Source: Selaginella moellendorffii
Taxonomy: Eukaryota; Plantae; Lycopodiophyta
Length of the DNA: 64,000 nt
Direction: 5' to 3'
NCBI RefSeq assembly: GCF_000143415.4
Contig: NW_003314304.1
Coordinates: 1,416,841 to 1,480,840 of the forward strand
A program made the position numbers and the translations under genes. The number at the start of each line of letters is the position of its first letter. Position 1 is the stretch's first letter. The notes below the pieces were generated by a model. It was not told the origin of the DNA, ran no database searches, and was given only the letters and a program-made list of their open reading frames with translations. Shown piece by piece: positions 1-11,651 of this stretch.

Positions 1-10
1 GGACACATTG

Positions 11-210
11 TGAGTGTCATGACACATGAAATGTCATGAATGAGTTCAAGATGGACCCAAAATGGAGTCCAAGATGGACCTGAGATGGAGTCTGAGATGG
101 ACGCGAGATGGAGTCTAAGGTCGAGTTCAAGATGGACCTGAGATGGAGTCCAAGGTTGAGAAAGAGACTGAGATCGAAACTGAGACCAAGACCGAGACCG
201 AGTCTAAGGG
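11..210 (+). repeat. Degenerate ~12-bp tandem repeats (AGATGGAGTCTG-like) after a TGTCATGACACA LTR-like start
   Basis: Repeated gagatggagtc/gagatggacc units. An inverted relative lies at ~2480-2701. Confidence 0.6.
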
Positions 211-784
211 TGAAAGCCCAAAGTGATCATCTCCCAAACCCTAGAGGGTTTGGTGAGCTCTAAAAGTATAGTAGGCGAGAGACTTTAGTGGAGCCAGTTT
301 GGCCAGGAAAAGCTAATGTGACCAAGGAAAGTTATACCCACGTTTTGACTAATGATAGAGTCTAAGGCTAGAGTGAATACGGACAGACAAGCGGGGTATT
401 TTAGTGAAGTGTTCAAGAGCCGGCTCTAACTCCCCTGGGAGATTGAATAGTCGATACTCCCAATCCAAGTGTGGGTGGCACTACTTACTTGGATACCTAT
501 TAAAACCTCACTTTAGCCATATGGCTAGGGCACCCAAATGCAGAAGGTGGGGAGAGTACCCCATGAGGCTTGCATAAAGCTATGGTGTTTCGAAATGTCA
601 TCCCAAAGTCCCAAATTATGGAAAAGAAGACAAACAATCCTCTAGCGTAGTGAGCAAAGATACAGTCATATAATAAATAAGTCCTAAAGGACAATGGGAC
701 TTAGTGGTCAGGCCTTTGGGCCTTGACCCAGTGGCAGTGTTGGCAAGCACAGCTGTGGATGAAGAGGGACTTCGTAGGGACGGT

Positions 785-2198
785 GTAAGCAACCAAAGAG
801 AATGATAGGTCCAGTTCTTGTTGGGTTTGAATAGTACTGAGTTGGGTAACCTCCCAGGAAGTCTAAATTCAGGAGTTTACATTTGGTATTAGAAGGGTTT
901 CGGGAAGTCCAAATTCAGGAGCTTATATTTGGTATCAGAGGGGTCTCGGGTCTGACTCTGTTGGCTGGCTAGAGAATCACACCACATGTTGATTGACATC
1001 TGGCAGGTTTAGTGTGCTCTGGCTGGGCTCAATCCGAGGGGTAGGGTGTCAAGAGAGCAGGGCTCTCGGGAGAGATGCGGTTCTCAACTTCCATTCATGA
1101 GGGCGTGAACTTGTAAGGAAGCATAGTGAATTGTAAACAACCAAAGAGAATAATTTGAGAAACGATCCATAGGGTTTAAATATAAAGGGAAAGGGCCCAT
1201 GAATAAGAGTGCACCCTCTTTTCCAATTGGTTAAGGGTTTTGGGATATTTAGGGTTAAGCATCCTTGGGTTTGAATACACCTCCCAAGAAGTCCAAATTC
1301 AAGAGTTTACATTTGGTATTAGAGAGGTTTTGGGAAGTCCAAGTTCAGGAGCTTACATTTAGTATCAGAGGGGTCTCGAGTTTGACTCTATTGGTTGGCT
1401 AGGGAATCACACCACATGTTGATTGACATCTGGCAGGTCCAGTGTGCTCCGGCTGGGCTTGATCCAAGGGGTAGGGTGTCAAAAGAGCAGGGCTCTCAGG
1501 AGAGCTGTAGCTCTCAGCTTCCATTCATGAGGGCGTGAACTTGTAGGAAAGCATAGTAGATTGTAAACAACCAAACAAAACAATTTGAGAAACGATCCAT
1601 GGGGTTTAAATATAAAGGGAAAGGGCCCATGAATAAGATTGCACCCCCTTTTCCAATTGGTTAAGGGTCTTGGCATATTTGGGGTTAAGCGTCTTTGGGT
1701 TTGAATAGTACTGGGTTGGGTGACCTCCCAGGATGTTCAAATTCAGGAGTTTACATTTGGTATTAAAGGGATTTCGGGAAGTCTAAATTCAGGAGCTTAC
1801 ATTTAGTATTAGAGGGGTCTCAAGTTTAACTCTATTGGTTGGCTAGAGAATCACACCACATGTTGATTGACATCTGGCAGATTTAGTGTGCTTCAGCTGG
1901 GCTCGATCTGAGGGGTAGGGTGTCAAGAGAGCAGGGCTCTCGAGAGAGTTGCGGGTCTCAGCTTCCATTTATGAGGGTGTGAACTTGCAAAGAAGCATAG
2001 TGGATTGTAAACAACCAAACAGAACAATTTGAGAAACGATCCATGGGGTTTAAATATAAAGGGAAAGGGCCCATGAATAAGAGTGCACCCTCTTTTCCAA
2101 TTGGTTAAGGGTTTTGGGATATTTGGGGTTAAGCATCGTAGGTTTAAATAGTATTGGGCTAGATGACTTCCCAAGAAGTCCAAAGTCAAGAGCTTACA
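785..2198 (+). mobile_element. Tandem array of short-LTR non-coding retroelements (TRIM-like, shared LTRs)
   Basis: Period ~430-444 bp. LTR starts TGTCAA at 1047, 1477 and 1921, each directly after the polypurine tract (G/A)AGGGGTAGGG. LTRs end ...TTACA, followed by a tRNA-iMet PBS-like TGGTAT(C/T)AGA (exact TGGTATCAGAG at 930-940). The last LTR (1921-2198) is followed by unrelated sequence. No coding capacity. Confidence 0.75.
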
Positions 2199-2479
2199 GA
2201 CGGAAGAAGGGATATTAGGAAGGGTGTTCCTCATGTTTCTAGGCATCCTAAAGGTGCTAAGGGGTAGTCAAAGGATGACCACTTATGGACAGATGGCCTA
2301 GTCTTTGAGAGATGGGATGATGATGCAGGTGGTCTTGGACTATCAATATAATAAGGGTGAATGAGCATGGTCTTAGTGTAACAGGCTGATATTTTGGTGG
2401 TACCTTTGGGTGTCGGTCATGGGATCAGACATGTGGAGCACTTGGACCAAGTCCAAAAATTAGTCATTTACACATAACT

Positions 2480-2701
2480 TGGACTCAGATTTGGTCTCGG
2501 ATTCAAACTCAAACTCAGACTTGATGTTAGTCTAGGTCTCATTCTTGGCCTCAATCTTAGGCGTAATTTCAGTCTCCATCTCGAATTCAACCTTGGGCTC
2601 CATCTCAGACTCCATCTTGTACTCCTTCTTAGACTCTTTTTGAACTCCATTTAGACTCTATCTCGGACTTGGTTCTCACACTCTGTGTGTCATAACACTT
2701 A
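2480..2701 (-). repeat. Inverted copy of the 11-210 repeat block
   Basis: Reverse complement of 2686-2701 (taagtgttatgacaca) matches 11-26 (tgagtgtcatgacaca) at 14/16, followed by the same agatggagtc-type units. Confidence 0.6.
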
Positions 2702-4419
2702 TTATATATTAGTCCTTCTGGTGTCCCTTTCTAGAGAATCATTCATCAATCACTTTGTACTCATTCCTTAAGCACTTTGTTTAGAGTTCCACTCCAGCTC
2801 TCGACTTTCCAAGTTTAAACTTTTGATCCAAACTTGTTACACTCATTGGATTTCCGCTTTAACCACTATTATGTGGCACACTTTCAACTCCACTTTGGGG
2901 CTTAGGGATTTATGTTTCACAACTTTACCACCCATTAACAAAGTTTGATGTTCTCATAAAATAATAAACCATTCTATAAAGCAATCCTATCATGGATTAC
3001 TATTTTCATCCTTAGTACCAAGCTAATATTCATCAATGGTTCAACACTAAAGACTCACCATGCTTTGCTTATCCTCTAAAGAACATAATTTTTAGCATAA
3101 CAAGTTGATATGCCAATGGTACCTTTGAGGTGTCTATCATGAGACTGGACACATGAAGCACTTAAACCAAATGCAAAGATTGAGTGGTATATATGCCATT
3201 CACGGGGCTAGCATGTCCCCAAATTAGAAATAAAATTTATGAAGGTTGTGAGTGAGACTCTTCCAAGTGGTCAAAGATATAGTTAATTGACTAAAGTAGA
3301 ATGAAAAAAATTAGTTATTTATACTTGAGAGTTTAGCTCCATCCATTCATTCAGTGGCCCAAGTCCCTGAAACTTGAATTCCACTCTATTGCCCATGGAC
3401 ACGTGATGTATGTTAGATAGAGGGTTAGGTTTCATAATTATCCTATAGTAAAACACTATAGGATAAAGGGTGAAAACCACATGCCTATATAGCATTTTAT
3501 AAATAACAAGCTTTATAGAATATAAAATAAAACATTTCATATGATTGTGTATTACAATATAAATAAATAAATAAATAAACTGAATTAAATAGTAATTAAC
3601 TACTAAAAAATGGCATATAGGCTCAATCCCATTTTACTGAATAAGTACTTTAATGAAATAAATCATGATTTATCTTTTTTTAGAGCAATTGCACTGATTT
3701 GTTTTCATCCATAATAATTCATGAGAGTTTTGTAGATGTAAATATGAGAACTATCACCTAAGATTAAAAAAATTCTTAATTTATCCCACTAGACACTACA
3801 TGCAATTAATTTTACACCCGCAACACACTAGTAATAACCTTGGGTATTTATCACACATTAATTACTCCATTTTGATTTTTTTTACACTCAATGGATAGAT
3901 CTATTTGTAACCTTCTTTCTTACTCCTTATATATGTGATTCAGCCAGGGATTAAGCAATTTTCATCAATTCTCTTTTTTGTGCTTATCTTGAGAGAAATT
4001 TATAAGTAGTCTTACACACATTTGGTTATAAGTAGTGGAAATGGATCTTTAGTTTCATTTTAATGGAGGAATTATTAAAATCTTTGTAATGCATTATGTA
4101 TCAAGATATTATGCATTCCACACTATAAGATCTATATTTTTTTGACGAGAGTATATTGTTGTCACACTTTATGAATTTATGAATGACTTTCTTTGAGTTT
4201 TTCTTGAAATTTCTTTTGATAAAAGTGTTGTAGAGCTATTCAAGTTTCTTTTACATTTTATTTCATCTAATTCTATATTCTTTGTTAAGAGATTTGGTGA
4301 CAGTTTTTGAGAGGTGTTTTACATTTCTTTCTTGTGTTAACATTTGTATTAATTAGGCCAAAAGTTCTTTATTTTATTTTTGTGATCACAACTTCCATCC
4401 ATATTTCCATGAAGAAGTA

Positions 4420-5250
4420 GTGGCTCTTAAGCTTGTAGAGGGTGAATTCTAATCCACAAAGATCCAACCATGGCCACCAAACATTGTTCATGCATGGGAG
4501 GAAGTTCCAAGGCTATGGCAAAAATGGATGGCATAAGGAGTTGATGTAGAGCAAATGGTGGACAACATGATTCACTTCTGGAAGTTACATGTGCAAAAGA
4601 AAGTGAAGGTCACCTCATGGTTGGTAGCTAACAATAGTCTCTTGGTCAGACAATGCTTTCAGGATGATGTGAGTTGTAAGTGTAAGGAGTGTGGCAAGAT
4701 CAAGATGGTCATGCATGCATTATGGGAGTGTGATATTGCAAAGGAAGTATAACAACAAATTGTTAAGGCAATGAAGGAATTGGGAGTTACATAGGAGTTT
4801 GAGGCCTACAATAGAGATATTCTCCACTGGTTTGAGAGAGTGAGAGGTCTTGCCTAGGGCCCAGCCCTACAACACATTATGTGCAGAGGACGACACAACT
4901 AAGGGTCCAAGTCTGCTAAGACATGATTGAGGTGGAGGAGTTCCTGTATGGGAAGCTCTTGGCCATGCTCAATGGGTGGTATGGCATATGGCAAAGGTCT
5001 AGGCCTTATGGAAAGCATGTAATCAAGCTTACTTTGATGGGATACAGTTAGGGTATCATAGGTGATGGTGGAATGGTGGAGAGTTACATTATCAGCAGTA
5101 TGGCTCCACCATGTTATCTTCCAAAACAAGGGGAAGCCAAAGTGGATAGAGGAGTGGTAGAGAACATAACTACCATATTTCAGTAATGGTGCTTAGAAAG
5201 AGGTTTGGTGGAAATGGCACCCCCTAGAATTGATCTTGCAGTTTGCATGA
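4420..5250 (+). mobile_element. Decayed LINE (L1-type) fragment, zf-RVT region
   Basis: ORF 4555-4752 reads FWKLHVQKKVKVTSWLVANNSL...CKECG...HALWECDIAKEV, the W..h.P.KhKhF.W / CxxC / HhhhxC zinc-binding motif that follows RT in plant LINEs. Stops flank it; boundaries approximate. Confidence 0.65.
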
Positions 5251-5679
5251 AGGGCTTGGACCTAAATACGGTATGACGATAGCCACTTCTACTTTAAATT
5301 TAACTAAATACCATGAGTTTAAGGTGGCATATTTAGTTTTTGTATTAGTCCCTATGGGACATGAGGAATGTATATAACATTGTTCATGACCCTAAACTTT
5401 AAACTTTAAATTCAGCTTGGCTTTCCTCTTCATTATGACTTTTAGTGACTACAGTATTTTTTTATAATCTAAAACTGCATCCTCAACATGCATTCAAACC
5501 CAAGTTGAAATAATGCATGATCTCTAAAGGCATGCTACCAAAAACATAGAGTGGGCTGCTCCCCCAATTGATCAATATGAGGGAACAAAGATCTCAAGCT
5601 TGACAACAATGTCTCCACACTCCTCCACAAATGCAAGAAATCCAAATCACTCAATACATCCATGCTCACATCCTGGCCA

Positions 5680-6650
5680 GCAGCAAACGTTCCTAGGAAA
5701 CCTCCTGGTCCAGATGTTGCTCCATTGCAAGAACGTCTTCTGGGCCGTCGGATTTGGCGCCTTAGTTGTGGATCGCCTTGCCCGCTTGGAAAGGCAACGC
5801 AATTCAGGCCTCACTCCCTCGAGAATCATGGCGTAATAGATCTGCCTATTGATGCCCACTATTGGCAAACTGCCCTGATCGTCGCCAACAATCTCGTCAC
5901 CAAATGTGATCAGATCAACAAGGCTAGAGGCGTGTTTCACTGGATCAAGAACAAGAATCCAGTCTCTTGGAATGCGATGATCAGAGCATCCTATGCCTGA
6001 CAAGATCATGCTCATTCTCGCAGCGAAAACGTGTGCTAACTTGGGTGATCTCGATCGAGGCCAGGAGATCATGCCAGAGCCGTGGAGCTGGGATTGGAAT
6101 CGGAGCTCCTGAAAGCTCCTGGTGGCCAACAGTGTGATCGGTATGGTATCATTGGTATGTATGGGAAGTGCTACTGCGTGGGCGATGCCAAGCGCTTGTC
6201 CGCTTGTCTGATGGATTGGAGGGGACGTGATCTCCTGGAACTCGATCATCGCGGCTGCCGGCCCTAGGTAGGGTTTAAGATTTGGGTAGAAGGAGCGAGC
6301 GCGCGAGGAGCTGAAATGGTTGTGGGGGAGAGCAGACCGCCGAAGCTGGTGCGCGAGGGAGATCTTCGACCTTGCCAGGATCTAGTCTCCTGGAACGCCG
6401 TGATCGCGGCCTTTGTCCCCGGTGTCTGGCCAGCTAGATTCTCACCAGGATGAAGCTCGAGGGCAATCGATCCAGCAGCGGGCCGCTGGAAGAGGGGCGG
6501 GCCATGGCCGGGGATGATTGGATTAGATCCAGTCAGGGATGATCGAGACAATGCCTGCCGGCTGCTGGCGAGATCCATGGCGATGCCGAGCGCGCTGCTC
6601 GAGCAATGGAAAAGATCGTGGCTCCGCCATTGCTCCTCAAATGGAATATA
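5680..6650 (+). pseudogene. PLS-class PPR pseudogene fragments
   Basis: PPR-type pieces in shifting frames: TFLGNLLVQM, ARGVFHWIKNKNPVSWNAMI, GMYGKC, QDLVSWNAVIAAF, and an E-domain-like IHGDAERAARAMEKI. Confidence 0.7.
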
Positions 6651-6713
6651 CTTTGATCGAAACTAGATACCATTTTATTTGAGTAGTAGGGTTCCAAGCC
6701 AGGTGAAAATTCC

Positions 6714-9700
6714 ATGGGGAGCGATGATCGAGACGCCGATCGCCCGCCTCCACTCATCGATGATGCGGACGAGGAGGAGGATGCTACGGCGCCAGTGCCA
6801 GCGATTGATTGTAAGCTTGATGATGCTGGTGAAGATGATGGTGCTGATCGAGCGATTGGGAGCTGCGCATCGGTGGATTCCGCCGATCGTCCGCCCCCAT
6901 TTCGCGAGGATGATGGGGAGGAGAAGATTCCATCGGGGTTTGAGATTGTGGAGGAGCTCTCTCCCTCTCCATCTCCACCTCCATCTCCACCGCCAGGGAA
7001 GATCGATGAGGGGTTTTCTTCTCCTCTAAGAGGGAAATTCAATGGTTTGGAAAGGAAGCGTTCCTGTTTCACCAAGTATGTCGCTCAAACCACAAGTCCA
7101 TCCGATGGAGATGATGTGAGATGGTACTTCTGCAAGACACCTCTTGGTATTCATGGTACGTTCTTTCATCTCTTCGTGCTGTTCTTTTTTTGATCACTGC
7201 TCTTTCAATGCAGAGGCGGCTGCGTCAGTGCCATCGACTGAGATCGTCGGCAAGGGTGAATTTTTCCGGTTTAGTGTCCGCGATTCCTTGTCTCTGGAAG
7301 AAAGCTATCTCGAGGTGATTGTGTTTTTTCAGTCTAGTTCTTTGAGCTTAGTTTTCCTTCCGCTTTTGCCAGAGAGAAGAGGAGCTAGTGGCTTTGTGGT
7401 GGAAAGAATACGCCGAGTGTAGCGAAGGTCCATCGAAATCCAAGAGGCATGATCCAGAGGCTTTCCAAAGACACTCTTCGGATTTCTACGAGGAAGCTGT
7501 CGGCGTCCCTGTGAAAGGTGGACTCTACGAAGTAAGTGAAAACCATCCAGCGAGAATCTCAAAAGCTCTTGCTCTCTAACAGGTTGATCTGGATTCGAGG
7601 CGATGTTTCCCAGTCTACTGGGGTGGCGAGCATCGCCGAGTATTGCGAGGGCATTGGTTTGCTCAACGAGGGAGTCTCGACTGGCTTCCACTGCGGGAGG
7701 ACATAGCTGAACAGTTGGAATTCGGGTATCGCAGTAAGGTCCGTTATTTCATTTCAAGCTGAGATGAGAAAGTTGCTGACATGTTTGATTCTCAGATATG
7801 GCTGAGACGCTCGTTTCAGCCTTCTGGCCAGTTTGCTGCTCGTTTGGATTTTCACGGTGCTACTCAGGTATCCGCTGTGCTTTCCGGCTTACGAGGTTTC
7901 GATGATGCCGCTGTTGCAGGGACTTCACGCACTTTTTACGGGCGAGGAGGACAGTTGGGAGGCCTGGTTGAACGTGGATGCGTCCGGAATCACGTCCGTG
8001 CTTGGCCTTAAAGGCACCGGATGCAAGCTGAGGCGAGGATTTATACTCTCGGGCTCACAGCTTTCCCAGGCAAGTCACTTTTCCGCAAGCCGCAAAACAG
8101 CGATGAGTCTCTAGTCTTCGGCTTTGGGCAGGATGAGCTTCGGCAGAAAAAAGAGGAGGAGATGGACGATTATTGCTCTGAGGTGACCAGTGGTTCTTTC
8201 TTTTTGGTTCTTTTCTGAGCTTCAATGCACAGGTTCCTGTACAACACCTTGTGTTCATGGTCCACGGAATAGGCCAAAGGCTGGAGAAGGCCAATTTGGT
8301 TGATGATGTTGGTACATTTCGACGCACAGCTGCGATGCTAGCCGAGAAGCATCTCACGAAATATCAGCGACACTCGCAGCGTGTTCTTTTCATCCCATGC
8401 CAGGTGCCATCACCGTAATTTCACAAGCTTTTTTTAATGTGCCTTTGCAGTGGAGAAGACATCTCAAGCTGGGAGGTGAAGCAGCTGTCGAAAATTGCAC
8501 CTTAGAAGGTGTAAGAGCGCTACGTACGATGATCGGCGCCACTGTGCACGATGTGTTGTATTATATGAGCCCGATTTACTGCCAAGACATTATCGATTCG
8601 GTAAGTAGTATTTCCTTCACATCTTTTGTGGTGTTCTTACTAATGGATACTTTCAGGTGTCTTCCTCTCTAAACAGATTACACGAGAAGTTTATGCGACG
8701 TAATCCTGGATATAATGGCAAGGTGCGAGTCTTGATTTTTTTTTTTTTTTTGCGTGATGGTTTACATTGTATTTCTTGCTAGATATCGATCTATGGACAC
8801 TCGCTTGGAAGCGTTCTTTCATATGATATTCTATGCCACCAGGAATCCCTGACGTCGATGTTTCCTATTCAAGAGATAAACTTGAGTGTTACTAATGCCG
8901 ACGCAGAGAATGAACGTCCACCGGAGTCAGAGCAACCCAGTCACTCTTCGGATCATGATTCAAGAGACAGCAGCAAGGAAGGATCAGACGCTAGTACGAC
9001 TACAGAAGCTGAGACTGAGAGTGACACGGAGACGGAGAGAGTCAAGGCGTTACGTTCAGAGGTATGATCTCCTGTGGCGTTTCTATATGATTTAGCTCGT
9101 GCTTGCAGGTTGAGATCTTGAGAAAGGAACTTAAGTCACTGGGAACAAACTCAGCATTGGGAACGAAACAAGGAGAGCGAGCTCCTTCTCGAAAATACCA
9201 TACTCCTCAAATTCGATACACAAAACTTTTGTTTCAGGTACACCATGGTGGCTTGATTCTTCACTGTTGATAAGTTTCTTTCTCGCAGGTGGACACGTTT
9301 TTCGCTGTTGGATCGCCACTGGGATTGTTTCTCAGCCTCCGGAATGTACGCCTTGGATCGGGTATGTGTGTGATTTATGGAGTTTGCAACGTAGATTGAA
9401 TGCGTTTGTGTAGGAACGGGTCATGAGTACTGGGAAGATGAAGGCATTGAAGAAGAAATGCCAGCATGCAGGCAAATGATGAACATATTTCACCCGTATG
9501 ATCCTGTCGCTTACAGGTATCAATATACTTCTGTGTTAGCAGCGTTTACATCTATCCTTTCTTCGTGATTACAGAGTGGAACCTCTGATATCGAAGGATT
9601 TCGTCGACAAGAAGCCGGAGTTTATTCCATACCACAAAGGAGGCAAGCGTCTACATATTGGGATGCAGGTAATCATCGTGCTTTCTAAGTTTGAGCTCAA

Positions 9701-10426
9701 GGAAGTTCTTGGCAGGAATTTGGAGAAGACCTGGGCGCTCGCTCACGCGCTTTTGTGAGCTCCATTGCTTCGGTTGGGGTATGGTTTTGTGTCACAGCTT
9801 CTTTCGAGCGACACTAATATTGAGCGTTTCTTCAGAGTCGCGTCGCAAGTGCGTTTGTAAGCTCAGATAGAAAATGTATGCTTCTTGTGTCATTGGCGTT
9901 TGCTTAACGCAGTTATGAATGATCTTGCAGTAGACGAGGAGAGTCCCACTAAAGAGGAGAGAAGCTACGGTAGTATGGTGATGGAAAGGCTGTCTGGAAG
10001 TCCCAATGGTAGAGTCGACTTCATGCTACAGGTAAGTCTTACTCTCTACTATCACGTCATTGACAAAGGTCTTGCGTGGATAACAGGATTCAACATTCGA
10101 GCACCAGTACATATCAGCGATTAGTTCACACACGTAAGCTCCTTTTGATTTCTTGTCCTTCCTTGCTTTGCTTATAAGCATTGGCTTCTTCTCACAGGAA
10201 CTACTGGCACGATCTAGACACCGCGCTCTTCATAGTCAGGCACCTGTATCAGCACATCCCCGAGGAGTCTCCAGCAGAAGAGGAAGCCAAGAACAGGCTT
10301 TTGAGTGACTTTGGTGGCTACATCGAGAACGACGATGTGTCCTTCACTTTCTCCAGCAAGGAAGGAATAGCTGCTGAAATGGCTGCCGCAGAGAAAGCTG
10401 CTAGGGTCTATCGTGTTGAGGTTTGA
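6714..10426 (+). CDS. SGR2: Phosphatidic-acid-preferring phospholipase A1 (DDHD domain), SHOOT GRAVITROPISM 2-like, multi-exon
   Basis: Exons give DVRWYFCKTPL, LWWKEYAECSEGP, VFMVHGIGQ, lipase motif IYGHSLGSVL (~8790), DTFFAVGSPLG, NIFHPYDPVAYR and NYWHDLDTALF. Short GT-AG introns plus one GC-AG intron at 8070-8131. Confidence 0.9.
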
Positions 10427-11651
10427 TACTTAAACCTTGTAATTGGATCGTTTGTGATAGACTACTGCCATCTTAAGAGCTTAAAATTTGGAGAGGGCCG
10501 CGCGTACGCGAGCCCTCAACTTCCACAAATTACGACGTCCACTCCTCCACTTTGGGAAGATGGTAGGCCGGCCAAGCCGATGTGCAATGGGAAGGCCGAA
10601 CCTAGGCCATTGGCCTTAATGATCACCAATAGACCCCGTCCAGGTAAGTATGGATCTCTTCCCCAGGCCCTACTTTATATACTGCTCTTGTGCTCTCATT
10701 CGACGCCCCGGCATGTGGGATAGGGCAAGGAATCGGTGCAGCATATCCTTTGGTCAAGGCTCGAATCCCAGCGACTCATTAAATAACGAAAGTACTAAAA
10801 CTTTTTGTTTTAACTCATGAGAGTTTCTGGAATGGAAAAGCTCAAGAGCACTACAAGCGCATGCAGCATGAGAATGAGAGGGATTGAGACTCGAGACTAC
10901 AAGCATTATCTAGAGATTTTGCTTCGCTTGGAAGTACTTGAGGAATGGATTTGTCTCGCTCCAATGTTGTCACAGTGTTTTCCTTGCGGCAGGAAGGTTA
11001 CTTTTGTCGGCTTTTGTCTCGGGGAGCACACCATTAAACGCTCAGAGAACTCAGCCCGGATTTCTCGGCAAGATGAGCTTTGATCCAATCAGCTGCGAAG
11101 TTGCAAGAGTTGCTGGAGTTTAAGAGTGTTTTCTAGAAATTTGACAGATTGGAGATCACAAACAGCTGCCCAGTGATTGAGTACTTCTCTTCAATGCCTG
11201 AATCTAGGGTACTGACCTGTGCTGACAATGCAACCCTGGAGTTTTTGCAAGAGAGTAAATGCTCGATGATGATCTTTTTCCTTGTTATTGTTAGGAAACT
11301 TGGAGCTCTTCCTAAGAACACTTCGCAAGAAATTGGGTGCCTTGATGAGCAACTTCTGTACGGAAATTACTCTGTCCGTGAGCAGGGAACATTCCGCGCC
11401 ATGCCCGCCCGCAATTCATGTGAAAATTAGAGATACGTTAAGAAGCTACTAATGATTGTTTTGCACGGGAATCTGTTGGCCGGATATCTGGCTAGAATAA
11501 AGAAATATATTGGCAAGGTCACAATGTTGGCAAGGCCCAGCTAAATTTTTCTTTTTCAGAGTGCGAAGAGCTCACAGATGGAGTCAAAGAAATCGATATC
11601 TATTTCGATCGATTGAACTGGGCCCAGTCTTCAGCACAGCCTGGATTCTCC

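Noticed and set aside
823-2198. Regular repeats as a CRISPR array or coding repeat
   Set aside because: Units are ~440 bp with no unique spacers, and the minus-strand ORFs (1479-1676, 1923-2246) are incidental. LTR/PBS/PPT structure explains them.
3438-3466. Perfect 12-bp stem ttatcctatagt/actataggataa
   Set aside because: Short, AT-rich and isolated, with no supporting element boundaries.
10492-10517. GC-rich hairpin gagggccgcgcgtacgcgagccctc as a Helitron 3' end
   Set aside because: No CTRR at the expected distance on either strand.
10741-10748. Other single GNATATNC matches (also ~33944, ~40582, ~60395)
   Set aside because: Expected by chance every few kb. Only the tandem pair upstream of PHO1 is supported by context.
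10817-11640. Short ORFs and splice-like signals between SGR2 and the copia relic
   Set aside because: No family could be assigned and there are multiple stops.
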